Virus record (IMG/VR): IMGVR_UViG_3300045988_179268
Span: 128,001 to 192,000 of that record
DNA from: a virus
Strand: one strand, 5' to 3'
Length of the DNA stretch: 64,000 bases
The first letter of the stretch is position 1. Every line of letters starts with the position of its first letter. A model generated the notes under the pieces. That model was not told where the DNA came from. It did not search any database and saw only the letters and a program-made list of their open reading frames with translations. Made by a program: the position numbers and the translations under genes. Shown here one piece after another: positions 1 to 10,178 of the stretch.

Positions 1-45
1 CTACACGAAGAAGCCATTCATCGGCAAAAAGAAAGGTGCGCCTAA
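1..45 (+). CDS. 3' end of an upstream ORF (partial)
   Basis: Frame 1 is open from the window edge to TAA at 43-45, 3 nt before the next ATG (coupled layout). Confidence 0.3.
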   Translation, partial: LHEEAIHRQKERCA

Positions 46-48
46 GAA

Positions 49-1284
49 ATGAGTCCCGAAGTCTACCGCCACGGTCAGCCAATGACAATTGGCATTAATG
101 AACGCGCCGCCATTCCCGTCTTTTTCGACCTTCACTCAGCAAATAGGAATGACGAACCGCCCGTCACGCTATTTACAGGGAAACCAGGTAGCGGTAAAAC
201 TTTTAGTATTCTCTGGACGTTATCTCTCGCCGCCCTCCAAGGTGCCGCCGTGGTAGGTATCGACTGGAAAGGCGACCTCCTGAAAATCCTCAATATCGAG
301 GAAGTCTTAGGTGTCCCCACTAACGTCAAAACTATTGACGCAACCAAGGAAGAGAACATTGGTATTCTCGACCCCTTCGTCATCTTCGATAACCATGACA
401 ACGAAAAAGAAGCCGCCGCTGACATTCAAACAGCTGTAAACGCACTCATTCACGCACTTATGCCGGGCGCACTTGCGGATGGGGAAATTAAGCCTTGGGT
501 TGCGGCAACAATCAGCGACGTTATCAAAGCATACCCCAAAGAAAAAAGCATGAACGTGTTCTTTAACATGCTTCTAGACGTAGCTAGTGCCAATGGCAAC
601 CAGAAACTCAAAGGTTTTGCACTCAGCCTCCAAAACACCCTTAACGAAGGTGCCGGAGTTATCCTGTGCGCCGAACCTGACCGAAAACCAGCACGCTACT
701 TTGACTTCACACCTGGCGCTACCGTCATCGACCTATCCCGCCTACACGAGCTACCGAAGACAGTAGAAGACCTCAACGACCCTAGCAAAGCAGTCGGACA
801 AGCAATCCTAACAATGGTCACACTACTCGTCCGCCAAAGTATGCTAAGAATGCCTAAGAACATTAAAAAAGTTCTCGCAATTGACGAAGCATGGGCAATT
901 CTCGGCAACGAATCCGGCATGTCCCTAGTTAAATCAACCTCAAAACTAGGACGCTCCATGAACCTAGCAGTCATACTAGGTAGCCAGAGCTACAAAGACG
1001 TTTTCAACAACACAACAGGTCTTGACACCTCCCTAGCAAGCACACATTTCGCCTTCGCCAACTCACGCCAAGACGCAGAAATAGGTGCCCTCGCAATGGG
1101 GCTACAAGGAGACGACGCAGAACAGGTCATTAGTGCTATAACTCAATTACAGCAGGGACACTGCATCATGCAGGACATCCGCAAACGTCGAGGACACGTA
1201 CACATGATTGTGTGGCTAGAAGAACTAGTCAAAGCGTTCAGCACTAACCCATTCGACGAAACCCACCAACAGCAAGAAATTTAG
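49..1284 (+). CDS. P-loop ATPase, VirB4/TraC-like (AAA_10/DUF87-type) conjugation ATPase domain protein
   Basis: 411-aa ORF with Walker A GKPGSGKT, Walker B-like VLAIDEAWAIL and a later GSQS motif as in T4SS VirB4/TraC-type ATPases. GAAAGG RBS upstream. Only ATPase-domain sized, because the upstream ORF stops at 43-45. Confidence 0.7.
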   Translation: MSPEVYRHGQPMTIGINERAAIPVFFDLHSANRNDEPPVTLFTGKPGSGKTFSILWTLSLAALQGAAVVGIDWKGDLLKILNIEEVLGVPTNVKTIDATKEENIGILDPFVIFDNHDNEKEAAADIQTAVNALIHALMPGALADGEIKPWVAATISDVIKAYPKEKSMNVFFNMLLDVASANGNQKLKGFALSLQNTLNEGAGVILCAEPDRKPARYFDFTPGATVIDLSRLHELPKTVEDLNDPSKAVGQAILTMVTLLVRQSMLRMPKNIKKVLAIDEAWAILGNESGMSLVKSTSKLGRSMNLAVILGSQSYKDVFNNTTGLDTSLASTHFAFANSRQDAEIGALAMGLQGDDAEQVISAITQLQQGHCIMQDIRKRRGHVHMIVWLEELVKAFSTNPFDETHQQQEI

Positions 1285-1306
1285 CAACTAACCAAGGAGA
1301 ACACCT

Positions 1307-3061
1307 ATGGCACAGGACTCAACGTTAAGCCGTAAAAAGCGCTACCTGCCGCCAAACATTGTCTATGTTTCAGGCACAGAACAGTTTAATAAGTTGCAGA
1401 ACCCTAATAAGCCCCTTAAATCCGAGGCTATAGAAGGTGTTTATGATGCGGCTTTCTACCGCGAGTTCCTGAAATACCTCATGCCGCCCATCACCCCCGG
1501 CGAGGGTCCACGCATCCCAACTAAAGACTCCACAAGCATCTACGGCGTAACCGAAGATGAAGTGAACGAACTGTTATTCCCTGAAATTATTGGCATCTGC
1601 CCAACCATCGAATACCTATGGAATGACATCACCTCAGACCTGCCGTCCATCCCTAACACAATGGACGCTATCGTAGTACACTCAGACTACTATGCGGAAC
1701 TGCGCCGCAATAGCTTGAGGAACCCTCAGCAGGTACCTAACGTACTGCGAATCATGACTACCATCATGGAGACTACGCCCATCTTCGTCCTTGAAGATGC
1801 AAAAGATGCGCTGGAACACAGCCAATATCAGGCTATCCAAGTGGAGATGCAGAACCTACTGTTCACTAAGCAACTGCCGTACACCACTTACAACATTGAA
1901 ATCACCCGCATGGTGCCCAATAACCCCGAAGCGCCTTGGGATACCCTGCCGGAAAACTTCATTGCCTTACAGTTTTACGAAAAAATTCAGCTATTTCTTG
2001 CAAACCCGCCTGAATTTGGCGACCCGGTATTATCGTTCAGAGGCACACTAGAGTCGCGTGTAGACCCTGAGCTTGCCGCAATTCAAGAGGACATCGACCC
2101 TGACGCTACGCATATCAACGGTTCACCGTACCTTGGGCGCGTCATCACAGTAACATCTAAAAAAGGTGGTACTGGTAAGACAACAACCTCGCTAGGTATC
2201 GCACACGCACTCACCACATGGGGTAAAGAAGCTGTGGCGTACAACTATGCAGAGCACGCACTGAAAGTTATTGTGGTAGACCTTGACCTGCAAGACGGTC
2301 AGGTTGGTCTTAACACTAGCGACCAAAGCAAAACTGTTATCGGTATTTTCAACGATTTTCGTGAGTCTACCATCACTAGTGGGCATCGTGTGCTAGGTGA
2401 AGATAAGAAAAAAGACTGGGGCATTATTGAAAAGTACATTATCCGTAACGACCGAGTAGGTTACGACACGCTTCTTGCACCAGAAGACCCGCGTGACTTG
2501 AACGACCTAGACCCTCACTTCTATCGAGCTATAATCAGCACCTTACGTGAGCACTACGACGTAATCATTATTGACACGTCTGTTCAATTAACAGACCCAT
2601 ACATGGTGTTCTGCGCATACCCACTTACCTACAAACTGTATTATGTTGCTGAGCCTTACCCCGGTCCTTTGGACACTATGAAACGACAGTTTAACTATGG
2701 GTTAGGGTCTACACGCAACGGCGGTGGCGGCATGAACCCTCAGCGTATCAGCATCTTTGTAAACAAGATGGAACCTGACCATATCGTTAAGAAAGGCTCC
2801 GCTTTTGCGTTCTGGGACGTTGCAGACTACTCCGTCGGCGGAATCCCAGTGCTTACGGGTGTACCTTATTTACATGAAGCCGCACTAGACGCGGTGAATG
2901 TCAGCTTACCAGGCGGATTCAACTACCTACTGAATAACAAAGGCTACTCCGAAGGCATGTCCCTGTTAGCATACGACATTGTACGCGGCACAGGATATAA
3001 CCTGTTCAGCCCTGAACAGACAAACGATTTGGAAGACTATTTCGCCATGTCAAACCTATAA
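1307..3061 (+). CDS. ParA/MinD-superfamily ATPase (CpaE/TadZ-like) with long N-terminal extension
   Basis: 584-aa ORF with deviant Walker A VTSKKGGTGKTTTS, Walker A' VVDLDLQ and Walker B-like VIIIDTS. AAGGAG RBS 7 nt upstream. Confidence 0.7.
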   Translation: MAQDSTLSRKKRYLPPNIVYVSGTEQFNKLQNPNKPLKSEAIEGVYDAAFYREFLKYLMPPITPGEGPRIPTKDSTSIYGVTEDEVNELLFPEIIGICPTIEYLWNDITSDLPSIPNTMDAIVVHSDYYAELRRNSLRNPQQVPNVLRIMTTIMETTPIFVLEDAKDALEHSQYQAIQVEMQNLLFTKQLPYTTYNIEITRMVPNNPEAPWDTLPENFIALQFYEKIQLFLANPPEFGDPVLSFRGTLESRVDPELAAIQEDIDPDATHINGSPYLGRVITVTSKKGGTGKTTTSLGIAHALTTWGKEAVAYNYAEHALKVIVVDLDLQDGQVGLNTSDQSKTVIGIFNDFRESTITSGHRVLGEDKKKDWGIIEKYIIRNDRVGYDTLLAPEDPRDLNDLDPHFYRAIISTLREHYDVIIIDTSVQLTDPYMVFCAYPLTYKLYYVAEPYPGPLDTMKRQFNYGLGSTRNGGGGMNPQRISIFVNKMEPDHIVKKGSAFAFWDVADYSVGGIPVLTGVPYLHEAALDAVNVSLPGGFNYLLNNKGYSEGMSLLAYDIVRGTGYNLFSPEQTNDLEDYFAMSNL

Positions 3062-3507
3062 TTTGCGGGCAAGGGAACAGTCTTCTCCAACCCGTCATAA
3101 AGAAGTGGGACGGTAGGTTCAGTATCTACAGTATCAACTTTATCTGACACGGGTTTAATAACGGATTTAGAAGGTTTAGATTTAACGCTCTTCACCTTAC
3201 CAGACGGTTTCTTAGCCCCGCCAGGAGGTACGTTCACTTCTTCGGCGGGGCTAAACCATAATCCAATCACAACCATCAAGAAAGAAACCGTAAAAATAGC
3301 TACACTAAGCCCACCAAAAGAATCCCATAAGCCAATCATCCCAGCAAAACCAGCTAAACGACCGACCACACCTATGATTAAAGCCGCACCAAAGCCTACA
3401 AAAAGACCCAACCTAGCAACATAACCAGCCCAACCCTCACCATTTTTACGCACAAAAAATAGGGCACCCGAACGCACCCACCATAGCCCTAAAAACTTCT
3501 TCAACAT
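3037..3507 (-). CDS. membrane protein with Lys/Ser/Pro-rich tail
   Basis: 156-aa ORF with 3-4 hydrophobic helices followed by a KKPSGKVKSVKSKPSK tail. Convergent with the previous gene, 25-nt overlap. Confidence 0.45.
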   Translation of the reverse strand: MLKKFLGLWWVRSGALFFVRKNGEGWAGYVARLGLFVGFGAALIIGVVGRLAGFAGMIGLWDSFGGLSVAIFTVSFLMVVIGLWFSPAEEVNVPPGGAKKPSGKVKSVKSKPSKSVIKPVSDKVDTVDTEPTVPLLYDGLEKTVPLPANYRFDMAK

Positions 3508-3625
3508 AACCTCAAAACACCTGCAAAATCAAGGGAAAACATACATAAAAGGCATAGCGCAAAACGCGCACAGCTATACAGTACTTAGACCTAAAATAAC
3601 CGCCCCTATTCGAAGGAAATCTGAT

Positions 3626-5191
3626 ATGCCTGCCGGACTGTCACTATCAGCGCTCAAACAGAACAACCACAACCCTGCCAGCCGTGAAAAAGACGAAGAA
3701 AACCGACTAAAAAACCTCAGCGCAAGCATCACCCAATACGCAGAAGACCAGCTTCCACCACCGGCACCTGAGCCTGACGTAGCGGAAGCTGAGCCGCCCG
3801 TGCCTGCCATTGACCAAGAAGCGTTAATGGCAGAAATTCTGCGTCAAGTACGAGAAGAACACAATAAAGCATCTGTCCCGCAAACGGCAGTCGTCACCAG
3901 TGACGACCTTGCCGCCGCATCAAAAGAAAAATACGGCTCCGTGGAACCAGCAGGGGAGTACAGCGCCCTCCGTAAATCCACACCCACCAGCCTCATAGAA
4001 CCCGACAACTTCCCGCTCAGTAGCATCATCACAGACGCATACGACATGGGAGCAAGCGACGTTTACATCCAACCCGAAACACCTATTCGATTCAAGGTGG
4101 GTGGCGGCTTAGCGCCCTACTACCAGCAACCTACACCTACCCGCAACGATGTTTCACGTCTACTTGAAAAAGTTACTCAGACTACCTCTTCTACAACGTT
4201 CCGCGCTGAAAAAGAACTAGACATTTCCTACACCATCCCTAAAGGAAAATACGCTGGCAGAAGGTGCCGTCTTAACGTAACATACGTTTCACCGGGTCTG
4301 TCGAACATCAATATGGTGTTCCGACTACTCGCTACCGACATTCAAGACCCATCCTACTACAACGTACCCAAAGCTTTCATTGATGCACTTCATCAAAAAG
4401 CAGGGCTTATCGTAGTCGCAGGCGTTACAGGTAGCGGTAAAACAACCACCATCGCATCAGGTCTATACTACGCGCAATGCAACGTCACAACACCACACCC
4501 CGTCACCGGCGAACCAATGGGCGTAACTATCGTCACCATCGAACAGCCAATCGAGTACCTATTCGACAACAACAACCCCAACTCAAACGGTAGCCTATTC
4601 ATCCAGCGAGAAGTGAACACCGACACACGCTCATTCCTCAACGGCATCAAATCAGCGCTACGCCAAAACCCGAACATTATGCTTATCGGTGAGGTGCGTA
4701 ACGAGCTGGAAATCCAAGCCGCGTTACGCGCCGCTGAAACAGGTCACCTTACCCTAACCACCGTCCACGCACAGGACTGTGCAGGCATCATTGAACGCTT
4801 AGCGACCAATGATGACGGTACGCTACGCGCAAATTCATTAGCTTCCATCGCATCTAGCGGGCGCGTATTCATGACGCAGGCACTAGTCAAGCGCATGGAT
4901 GGCGGGCTAATTCCTGCACATGAAGTCTTAGAGATTAGGCAATCGGACAGAGTGCTTATTGAAGACATCAAAACAGGCAATATTTCCGACATTCGCCAAC
5001 GCCTACAAGATGAAGGCGAAGACATGTGCTCCACTCTTATGAATTTGTGCCGTGCTGAAACGGGTCCCTGTTACGTTAAGGATGCGCTAGAACACGCGCC
5101 TGACCCGCACAGGTTCCTCACCCTTATCCGCACAGCCGAGGCAAACGGCGAACAGTTCAACTACCACCCAGACGAACTAAAAAACATTTAG
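3626..5191 (+). CDS. PilT/VirB11/GspE-family (T2SSE) secretion ATPase with Pro/Glu-rich N-terminal extension
   Basis: Walker A GVTGSGKTTT, Asp-box TIEQPIEY, Walker B IMLIGEVRN, His-box TGHLTLTTVHA. GAAGGA RBS. Confidence 0.8.
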   Translation: MPAGLSLSALKQNNHNPASREKDEENRLKNLSASITQYAEDQLPPPAPEPDVAEAEPPVPAIDQEALMAEILRQVREEHNKASVPQTAVVTSDDLAAASKEKYGSVEPAGEYSALRKSTPTSLIEPDNFPLSSIITDAYDMGASDVYIQPETPIRFKVGGGLAPYYQQPTPTRNDVSRLLEKVTQTTSSTTFRAEKELDISYTIPKGKYAGRRCRLNVTYVSPGLSNINMVFRLLATDIQDPSYYNVPKAFIDALHQKAGLIVVAGVTGSGKTTTIASGLYYAQCNVTTPHPVTGEPMGVTIVTIEQPIEYLFDNNNPNSNGSLFIQREVNTDTRSFLNGIKSALRQNPNIMLIGEVRNELEIQAALRAAETGHLTLTTVHAQDCAGIIERLATNDDGTLRANSLASIASSGRVFMTQALVKRMDGGLIPAHEVLEIRQSDRVLIEDIKTGNISDIRQRLQDEGEDMCSTLMNLCRAETGPCYVKDALEHAPDPHRFLTLIRTAEANGEQFNYHPDELKNI

Positions 5192-5400
5192 TTAGCATTA
5201 AAAAGTGCTAAAATGTTCCGCAAAAAGTTTGGAAAATCAGACCTGGAAATACGTCCCACAAGCGGCGTAAACTCTAGGCGCTTGATATATAACTACACAG
5301 ATAAATAAAAACCTCTCCAGCACCCCATACGCGGGCACATAGGGCAAGGAAGTCGAGCGCCAAGCCCTATAAAATCAGAGAGACTAACGGAAACAAAATG

Positions 5401-5440
5401 GTAAGCCCCTAACCTTTTATTATGAAGGTTAGGGGCTTAC
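5401..5440. terminator. bidirectional rho-independent terminator
   Basis: Perfect 16-bp stem gtaagcccctaacctt / aaggttaggggcttac with an 8-nt loop, T-runs on both sides. Marks the left border of the skewed domain. Confidence 0.85.
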
Positions 5441-5458
5441 CATTTTTAGTCCCAAAAA

Positions 5459-7102
5459 CTAAAACTCAAAAGCTGAAACGCCATCAAAAACAGACCCATC
5501 AGGGCGACACAAACGAATAGCGCGGATACGGTCATCACAACCATTCGCCAACGCCCACTCATTCACCTTACGCATCATACGGTCACCAGTACACAACCAC
5601 AATACCTGACCAAACACGCTCCTATCATCCTTATACTGCCCCAAAATAGTCTCCAAACGACCAGGCTTCTTACCGAAGCCACGCTCAATCTCAACAGCAA
5701 CACTGCGAGGCTCCCCATCCTCGCCACGCGGAACCATGCACACAATATCCGGCACATGGTACTTCGTCTCAGACGCACCACTCATTACCGCCCACATCCA
5801 CTCATTACCGCCGTAACACTCAGGAGAAACCCCAACACCACCAGCCGCACGCCAACTACGCAACACCTCACCACGGCGCGCAATCAAAACATCGCGCACG
5901 TCAAACCCAGCACGACCCCTAAACATTCCATGAATAGCGCCATTAATCACACGGTCAGGAATCACACTGAAACCACGAGCAACCTGCCCACCAACAACAC
6001 GACCACCAGATACTAAACCACCCAACCCCAAAACATCAACCGCACCATTCACCAACATCGCCCCCACATAATGAATAAGAGTACGATGCTGAAACTCGCT
6101 ATTACCCAGCGTCTTACGCGACACAGTAGCCCCACCAACACCAAACTCATCCAAACCCACACGTGTACCAACCCATACCGTATGACGCAAACCAGGAATG
6201 TCCACCGCCTCCAAACAGCCACGCCCCTGCAACCCCTTCAAATACTTCAACGCCGTAACCCTAGTAGAAACCCCCAACAACAACATCACAGCACGCACAT
6301 CAACCCAGCCAAACAGCCCAACAAACCCCATAATCTCAACCTCACGGCGCGAACCCATCAAACGCGGCGCAACACCACCATCCCCCTTGGAAGCCCTACG
6401 CACACGCTTCAAGCGCTCAGCCACAACATCCGGCGACTCACCAACCAACGGCGGAGACACAACATCAACCTCCCCAACACGAGACAGCCAATAAGAAGCC
6501 TGCTCCAACGCCAAACCATTAGAAACCTCAGTAGAACTCATACGCGAACCTCTCCCATCGTAATCAAAACGAAAACATGACAACTCACCAACACCAGCAC
6601 CTAGCCCCAAACCTCCCGGCGGCGCAACCAACCCACCTAACTCAACACCAACAGCATCACCTAAAGCCTCAACCCCCACACCAGACGCAGGAACAACAAA
6701 CCCATCCTGAATCGCCTCAAAATCAACACCATTCACGCCACCAAAAGACCACCTAGCGCGCGGAGTAACACCAAAAGAAAACCCGCCATGCACAAAAACA
6801 CCACCAACCGTAGAAACAACAGACCCATCCCAAACATACCCAGCACACTCCGCCGCAAAAGACCTAAACGCAACAGGAACCTGCGAAAAATCACGCACAC
6901 CCCGCGCACGCTCCAACACAGACCCATCCTCAACCGCAACACCAGACCCCAACACAAAACCATTCACCAAATGCCCAACACTGAACCCCGCATCACCCAA
7001 CTCACGAATAGACCCAGACCCAGAAAAAACATCCGGCGCTAAACCCTCAACAACCTTACGACCAACATTAACAACAGCCGAAGAAACAGACCCATCAACC
7101 AT
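5459..7102 (-). CDS. Replic_Relax-like (replication-relaxation family) protein with Gly/Val-rich N-terminal half
   Basis: wHTH-like segment (VSTRVTALKYLKGLQGRGCLE), then FQHRTL, then a PD-(D/E)xK-like core YHVPDIVCMV..VAVEIERGFGKKPGRLETILGQY. The start was moved to ATG 7102 (MVDGS), which has a GGAGG RBS 7 nt upstream. The track start at 7204 abuts the divergent gene's promoter region. Confidence 0.6.
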   Translation of the reverse strand: MVDGSVSSAVVNVGRKVVEGLAPDVFSGSGSIRELGDAGFSVGHLVNGFVLGSGVAVEDGSVLERARGVRDFSQVPVAFRSFAAECAGYVWDGSVVSTVGGVFVHGGFSFGVTPRARWSFGGVNGVDFEAIQDGFVVPASGVGVEALGDAVGVELGGLVAPPGGLGLGAGVGELSCFRFDYDGRGSRMSSTEVSNGLALEQASYWLSRVGEVDVVSPPLVGESPDVVAERLKRVRRASKGDGGVAPRLMGSRREVEIMGFVGLFGWVDVRAVMLLLGVSTRVTALKYLKGLQGRGCLEAVDIPGLRHTVWVGTRVGLDEFGVGGATVSRKTLGNSEFQHRTLIHYVGAMLVNGAVDVLGLGGLVSGGRVVGGQVARGFSVIPDRVINGAIHGMFRGRAGFDVRDVLIARRGEVLRSWRAAGGVGVSPECYGGNEWMWAVMSGASETKYHVPDIVCMVPRGEDGEPRSVAVEIERGFGKKPGRLETILGQYKDDRSVFGQVLWLCTGDRMMRKVNEWALANGCDDRIRAIRLCRPDGSVFDGVSAFEF

Positions 7103-7165
7103 CAGGAAACCTCCAAAACTTATAAAGAAACTCGCAATCCACATAGCCGAAAACCCACGGCAATG

Positions 7166-7176
7166 TGTGATACAAT
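7166..7176 (+). promoter_or_regulatory. SigA-type promoter, extended -10
   Basis: TGTGATACAAT, 41 nt upstream of ATG 7217. Confidence 0.6.
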
Positions 7177-7216
7177 CATACCAACCAAACCCCCACCACA
7201 TCAAAGGAAAATCCCC

Positions 7217-7429
7217 ATGAAGAAGCTGTACAACATCGCAGGACTCACCTTAATCGCCACGCTTACCCTCACCGGATGCGGCAATAGTGAGAACACCCAA
7301 AAACCAGATACCACCAAGACATCCCAATCCGAAACAGACAGCCCACGCCGCGTAGTGAAACCCTGCGGGGCAGACACCACCGGCGACATTGAAATGGGTC
7401 AGGGACTCTGCGACCACGAAGAAAGGTAA
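7217..7429 (+). CDS. small lipoprotein
   Basis: MKKLYNIAGLTLIATLTLTGC has a signal peptide and lipobox LTGC. AAGGA RBS. The track ORF begins 54 nt further upstream, inside the promoter. Confidence 0.6.
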   Translation: MKKLYNIAGLTLIATLTLTGCGNSENTQKPDTTKTSQSETDSPRRVVKPCGADTTGDIEMGQGLCDHEER

Positions 7430-7441
7430 CGAACAAACACT

Positions 7442-7720
7442 ATGGAATCATTCATCTACGGAGTTGTTAAAGTAACTCTCGAATACCACACGTACCCCAA
7501 TAACCCGGAAAAGAACCATATTGAAACCCGTGCATGGTACCTAGACGATAATAACAACAAAATTAAAACTGTCAGCACTAGTGACAACCCCCAAATGGAA
7601 GTAGTTCACGCCCTCTCAGAACACAACAAGCCAGTATACCAGAACGGTTTAGTGGGTGAGATGCTAGTCATTAATACAAATGACTACTCAATCTTCGAAA
7701 CCAAATACATTACCCACTAA
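7442..7720 (+). CDS. hypothetical protein
   Basis: 92-aa ORF of ordinary (non-skewed) composition, followed by a strong terminator. No clear RBS. Confidence 0.5.
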   Translation: MESFIYGVVKVTLEYHTYPNNPEKNHIETRAWYLDDNNNKIKTVSTSDNPQMEVVHALSEHNKPVYQNGLVGEMLVINTNDYSIFETKYITH

Positions 7721-7723
7721 CAA

Positions 7724-7772
7724 AAAAGTATCCCTTAAACTCTCTACAGAGAAGAGTTTAAGGGATACTTTT
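7724..7772. terminator. rho-independent terminator
   Basis: 20-bp stem aaaagtatcccttaaactct / agagtttaagggatactttt. The A-run and T-run are part of the stem. Confidence 0.85.
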
Positions 7773-7787
7773 TGCCCTATATTTTAA

Positions 7788-8588
7788 CTAACGCCAAGAC
7801 TCCGCGTGGTTCAAATCGCCTTCACAATACGCATAAACAACATCAAACATCTCAGGATACTGCTTAATAAACTCCGCCGGACTCATGCCAGCATACGCCA
7901 AACTAGGACCACCAATCAAAAGCGCCGTCTGAGTCGAACTAAAAGCATCGGAAGACCCATACACCCCCAAAAGCTTCACAATATCCTCCCTCACAGAACC
8001 GCCCTCAAACTGGAAACCAGGGTACCCCATGACACCCACCCACGCCGGATGCTTCGAAAAATCGGACAAAGGGAACCTAAGCACACGATTACTCTTAACC
8101 ATCTCCTCCAACTCACCCGAAGTCACACCCAAATACTCACAGACAGCACGCTCCGTATAGACACCCTGCAAATCTTCACCAAACACCGACTCCACGGCAG
8201 TAAGACCCCTTGAACCCTTGGCGACGGCAGTGTCAATCCCCTCACAAATGTAAGAAGTAAGCTTCTCCCCGTCACCCTCAGCGACATCAAGATACCCCGC
8301 CTCGCACAAGTCATCAACAGCCTTGCAAAGCATCTCCTTAACCCCCTCAACAGTTAGCGGGAACTTGCCTCTACCACCATAAGCAGAATAATAAGGCTGA
8401 GAACCCTCACGTTCACGAAGCATAAACAGCCCAACAGCCGCACAACAATGAAACAGCAAAACACGTTGAAGAGACTCAGTAATCACAACATCACCAGAGC
8501 CAACCTTCACATCAACATACTCACAAACCTCCTGCTTCACACCAGCAAGAACCTCAGCCTGCGCACTAGAAATAACACGAGAAGACAT
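7788..8588 (-). CDS. HTH plus DUF2384-like (Xre/MbcA/ParS-antitoxin-like C-terminal domain) protein, paralog family 2
   Basis: 266 aa. HTH-like YTERAVCEYLGVTSGELEEMV, then YPGFQFEGGSV, then MSPAEFIK. G/T-ending codons. Confidence 0.6.
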   Translation of the reverse strand: MSSRVISSAQAEVLAGVKQEVCEYVDVKVGSGDVVITESLQRVLLFHCCAAVGLFMLREREGSQPYYSAYGGRGKFPLTVEGVKEMLCKAVDDLCEAGYLDVAEGDGEKLTSYICEGIDTAVAKGSRGLTAVESVFGEDLQGVYTERAVCEYLGVTSGELEEMVKSNRVLRFPLSDFSKHPAWVGVMGYPGFQFEGGSVREDIVKLLGVYGSSDAFSSTQTALLIGGPSLAYAGMSPAEFIKQYPEMFDVVYAYCEGDLNHAESWR

Positions 8589-8629
8589 TAAGCAACCCCC
8601 ACAATAGAAAGAAAAATAAGTGCAAAACT

Positions 8630-8638
8630 ATGATACCA
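8630..8638 (-). promoter_or_regulatory. SigA-type promoter, extended -10
   Basis: TGGTATCAT on the minus strand, about 42 nt upstream of ATG 8588. Confidence 0.45.
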
Positions 8639-8663
8639 AACAAGGCAACACAAACACTAAAAA

Positions 8664-8700
8664 CTGGGAGGGGTGAAACAAAAAACTTCACCCCTCCCAG
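8664..8700 (-). terminator. rho-independent terminator
   Basis: 14-bp perfect stem ctgggaggggtgaa / ttcacccctcccag. T-run on the minus strand, downstream of the stop of 8714..9910. Confidence 0.85.
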
Positions 8701-8713
8701 CACCTACAAACGG

Positions 8714-9910
8714 CTACCCGCAATACCGCACAACCGCAAGAACCGCATCCACATACTCATCACCAAGACGCGCATACTCAACAGGCGCAACCAACCCAAA
8801 CCACGGCGACGGACTCTCCAAAAACTCAACAATACGGTCATCACCCCAACCCCAATCACGCAACTCACCCACAAGACGCACAGACCCAGAGAAAAACACC
8901 CAATCAATCACTAACCCATCATCCCCATAAACAGGCATCAGATGCACACCCTCAACAATATAATCGCCATCCCCATACTTCCCCGCCAGCAACTCGCCAG
9001 ACTCACACATACCCGCCACTACATCCTCAGGAACCCCCAACCCCTTAGCTACCTTGTGGGGTGGCAAACCAGCCCAACGGACACCATTAGAACGCTCATC
9101 AATACTAGCGAAACGGTGAACCAAAACACCCCACGGGACACGCAAAACCTCAGCCAAAGCCCCCAAATCAGCCAAAGAACCGCCACCCACAGACGGAACA
9201 ACACCTGCCACCGTCAAAGCAACAACATTCCCCGGCACTGGAACATTACCCACACCAGCACGCCCCCACGCACGCCCAACAACCTCAGCGCGCCGCCCCA
9301 ACGCACATTCACGCGCATCATCCAACACAAGAGCAACCAGAGCCTCATCACCCGACATCAACAACTCAGCCGCCGACAAAAACCCATACTCAAACGACGG
9401 CGTGAACAAAAAATCATCAGTAATATGAGGCTTCACACCAACAGCCCTGAACATCTTCACACACTCAAAAAACTCAGGGTTAAACCTCAAAGCGCCCTCA
9501 CCAGACACACTCCAAACTCCCTTACCGGCACCACCCCAAAACTGGGCACGAGTAAACAGCAAAGCACCCTCCCAGATGCCACCATTAAGGTAACCCTCCT
9601 CATACAGGCGCATCACCTCAGTGCCCGGCAACCCCTTATCCTCCAGCTCAGCCAAAGACAACCCGTCACCCCACTCACAATAAATACCCCACCCGGCAGA
9701 ACCGCCTCCAAACGCTTCCTCCAAACGCTCATACATGAACTCAGTAGAGACACCAAGAACACTAGAAACTAGCTCAAAATGCTCATTCTCCCAATCATAA
9801 GTAGACTTGGGAAGCCCTAAAGAACGAACCCTCAACACATCCTCAGCAGAGAAAAACTTGAAGCCAGGGTACTCATCAAAAACATTGTGCAACATGGAAG
9901 TAGCCTCCAA
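8714..9910 (-). CDS. DUF2384-like domain protein, paralog family 2 (larger member)
   Basis: 398 aa. C-terminal LMPVYGDDGLV..FLESPSPWFGLVAPVEYARLGD. GGAGG RBS 8 nt upstream of the ATG. Third codon positions are almost all G/T. Confidence 0.6.
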   Translation of the reverse strand: MEATSMLHNVFDEYPGFKFFSAEDVLRVRSLGLPKSTYDWENEHFELVSSVLGVSTEFMYERLEEAFGGGSAGWGIYCEWGDGLSLAELEDKGLPGTEVMRLYEEGYLNGGIWEGALLFTRAQFWGGAGKGVWSVSGEGALRFNPEFFECVKMFRAVGVKPHITDDFLFTPSFEYGFLSAAELLMSGDEALVALVLDDARECALGRRAEVVGRAWGRAGVGNVPVPGNVVALTVAGVVPSVGGGSLADLGALAEVLRVPWGVLVHRFASIDERSNGVRWAGLPPHKVAKGLGVPEDVVAGMCESGELLAGKYGDGDYIVEGVHLMPVYGDDGLVIDWVFFSGSVRLVGELRDWGWGDDRIVEFLESPSPWFGLVAPVEYARLGDEYVDAVLAVVRYCG

Positions 9911-10054
9911 AAGAAAAACAAAAATACTTGCACTCCCTATAATACCCCCCCCCTCAAAAAATCAAGAAAACACGCCGGTAAACATCTCTAGATACAATAC
10001 ATCCCACGCATAGAAGAGAATTAGAACACCCCTAAAGAGCATCCATCGCAAATA

Positions 10055-10065
10055 TGTGGTACAAT
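10055..10065 (+). promoter_or_regulatory. SigA-type promoter, extended -10
   Basis: TGTGGTACAAT, followed by leader hairpin ggttgagg/cctcaacc at 10078-10097. Confidence 0.6.
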
Positions 10066-10178
10066 CTAAACATGAAAGGTTGAGGTGAGCCTCAACCCAC
10101 CACCCCACCCTAACCATACAGGGAACCCAAAAAAGGGGCGAACACCCAATCATTAAACACAGAAAGAGAGCATCAACA

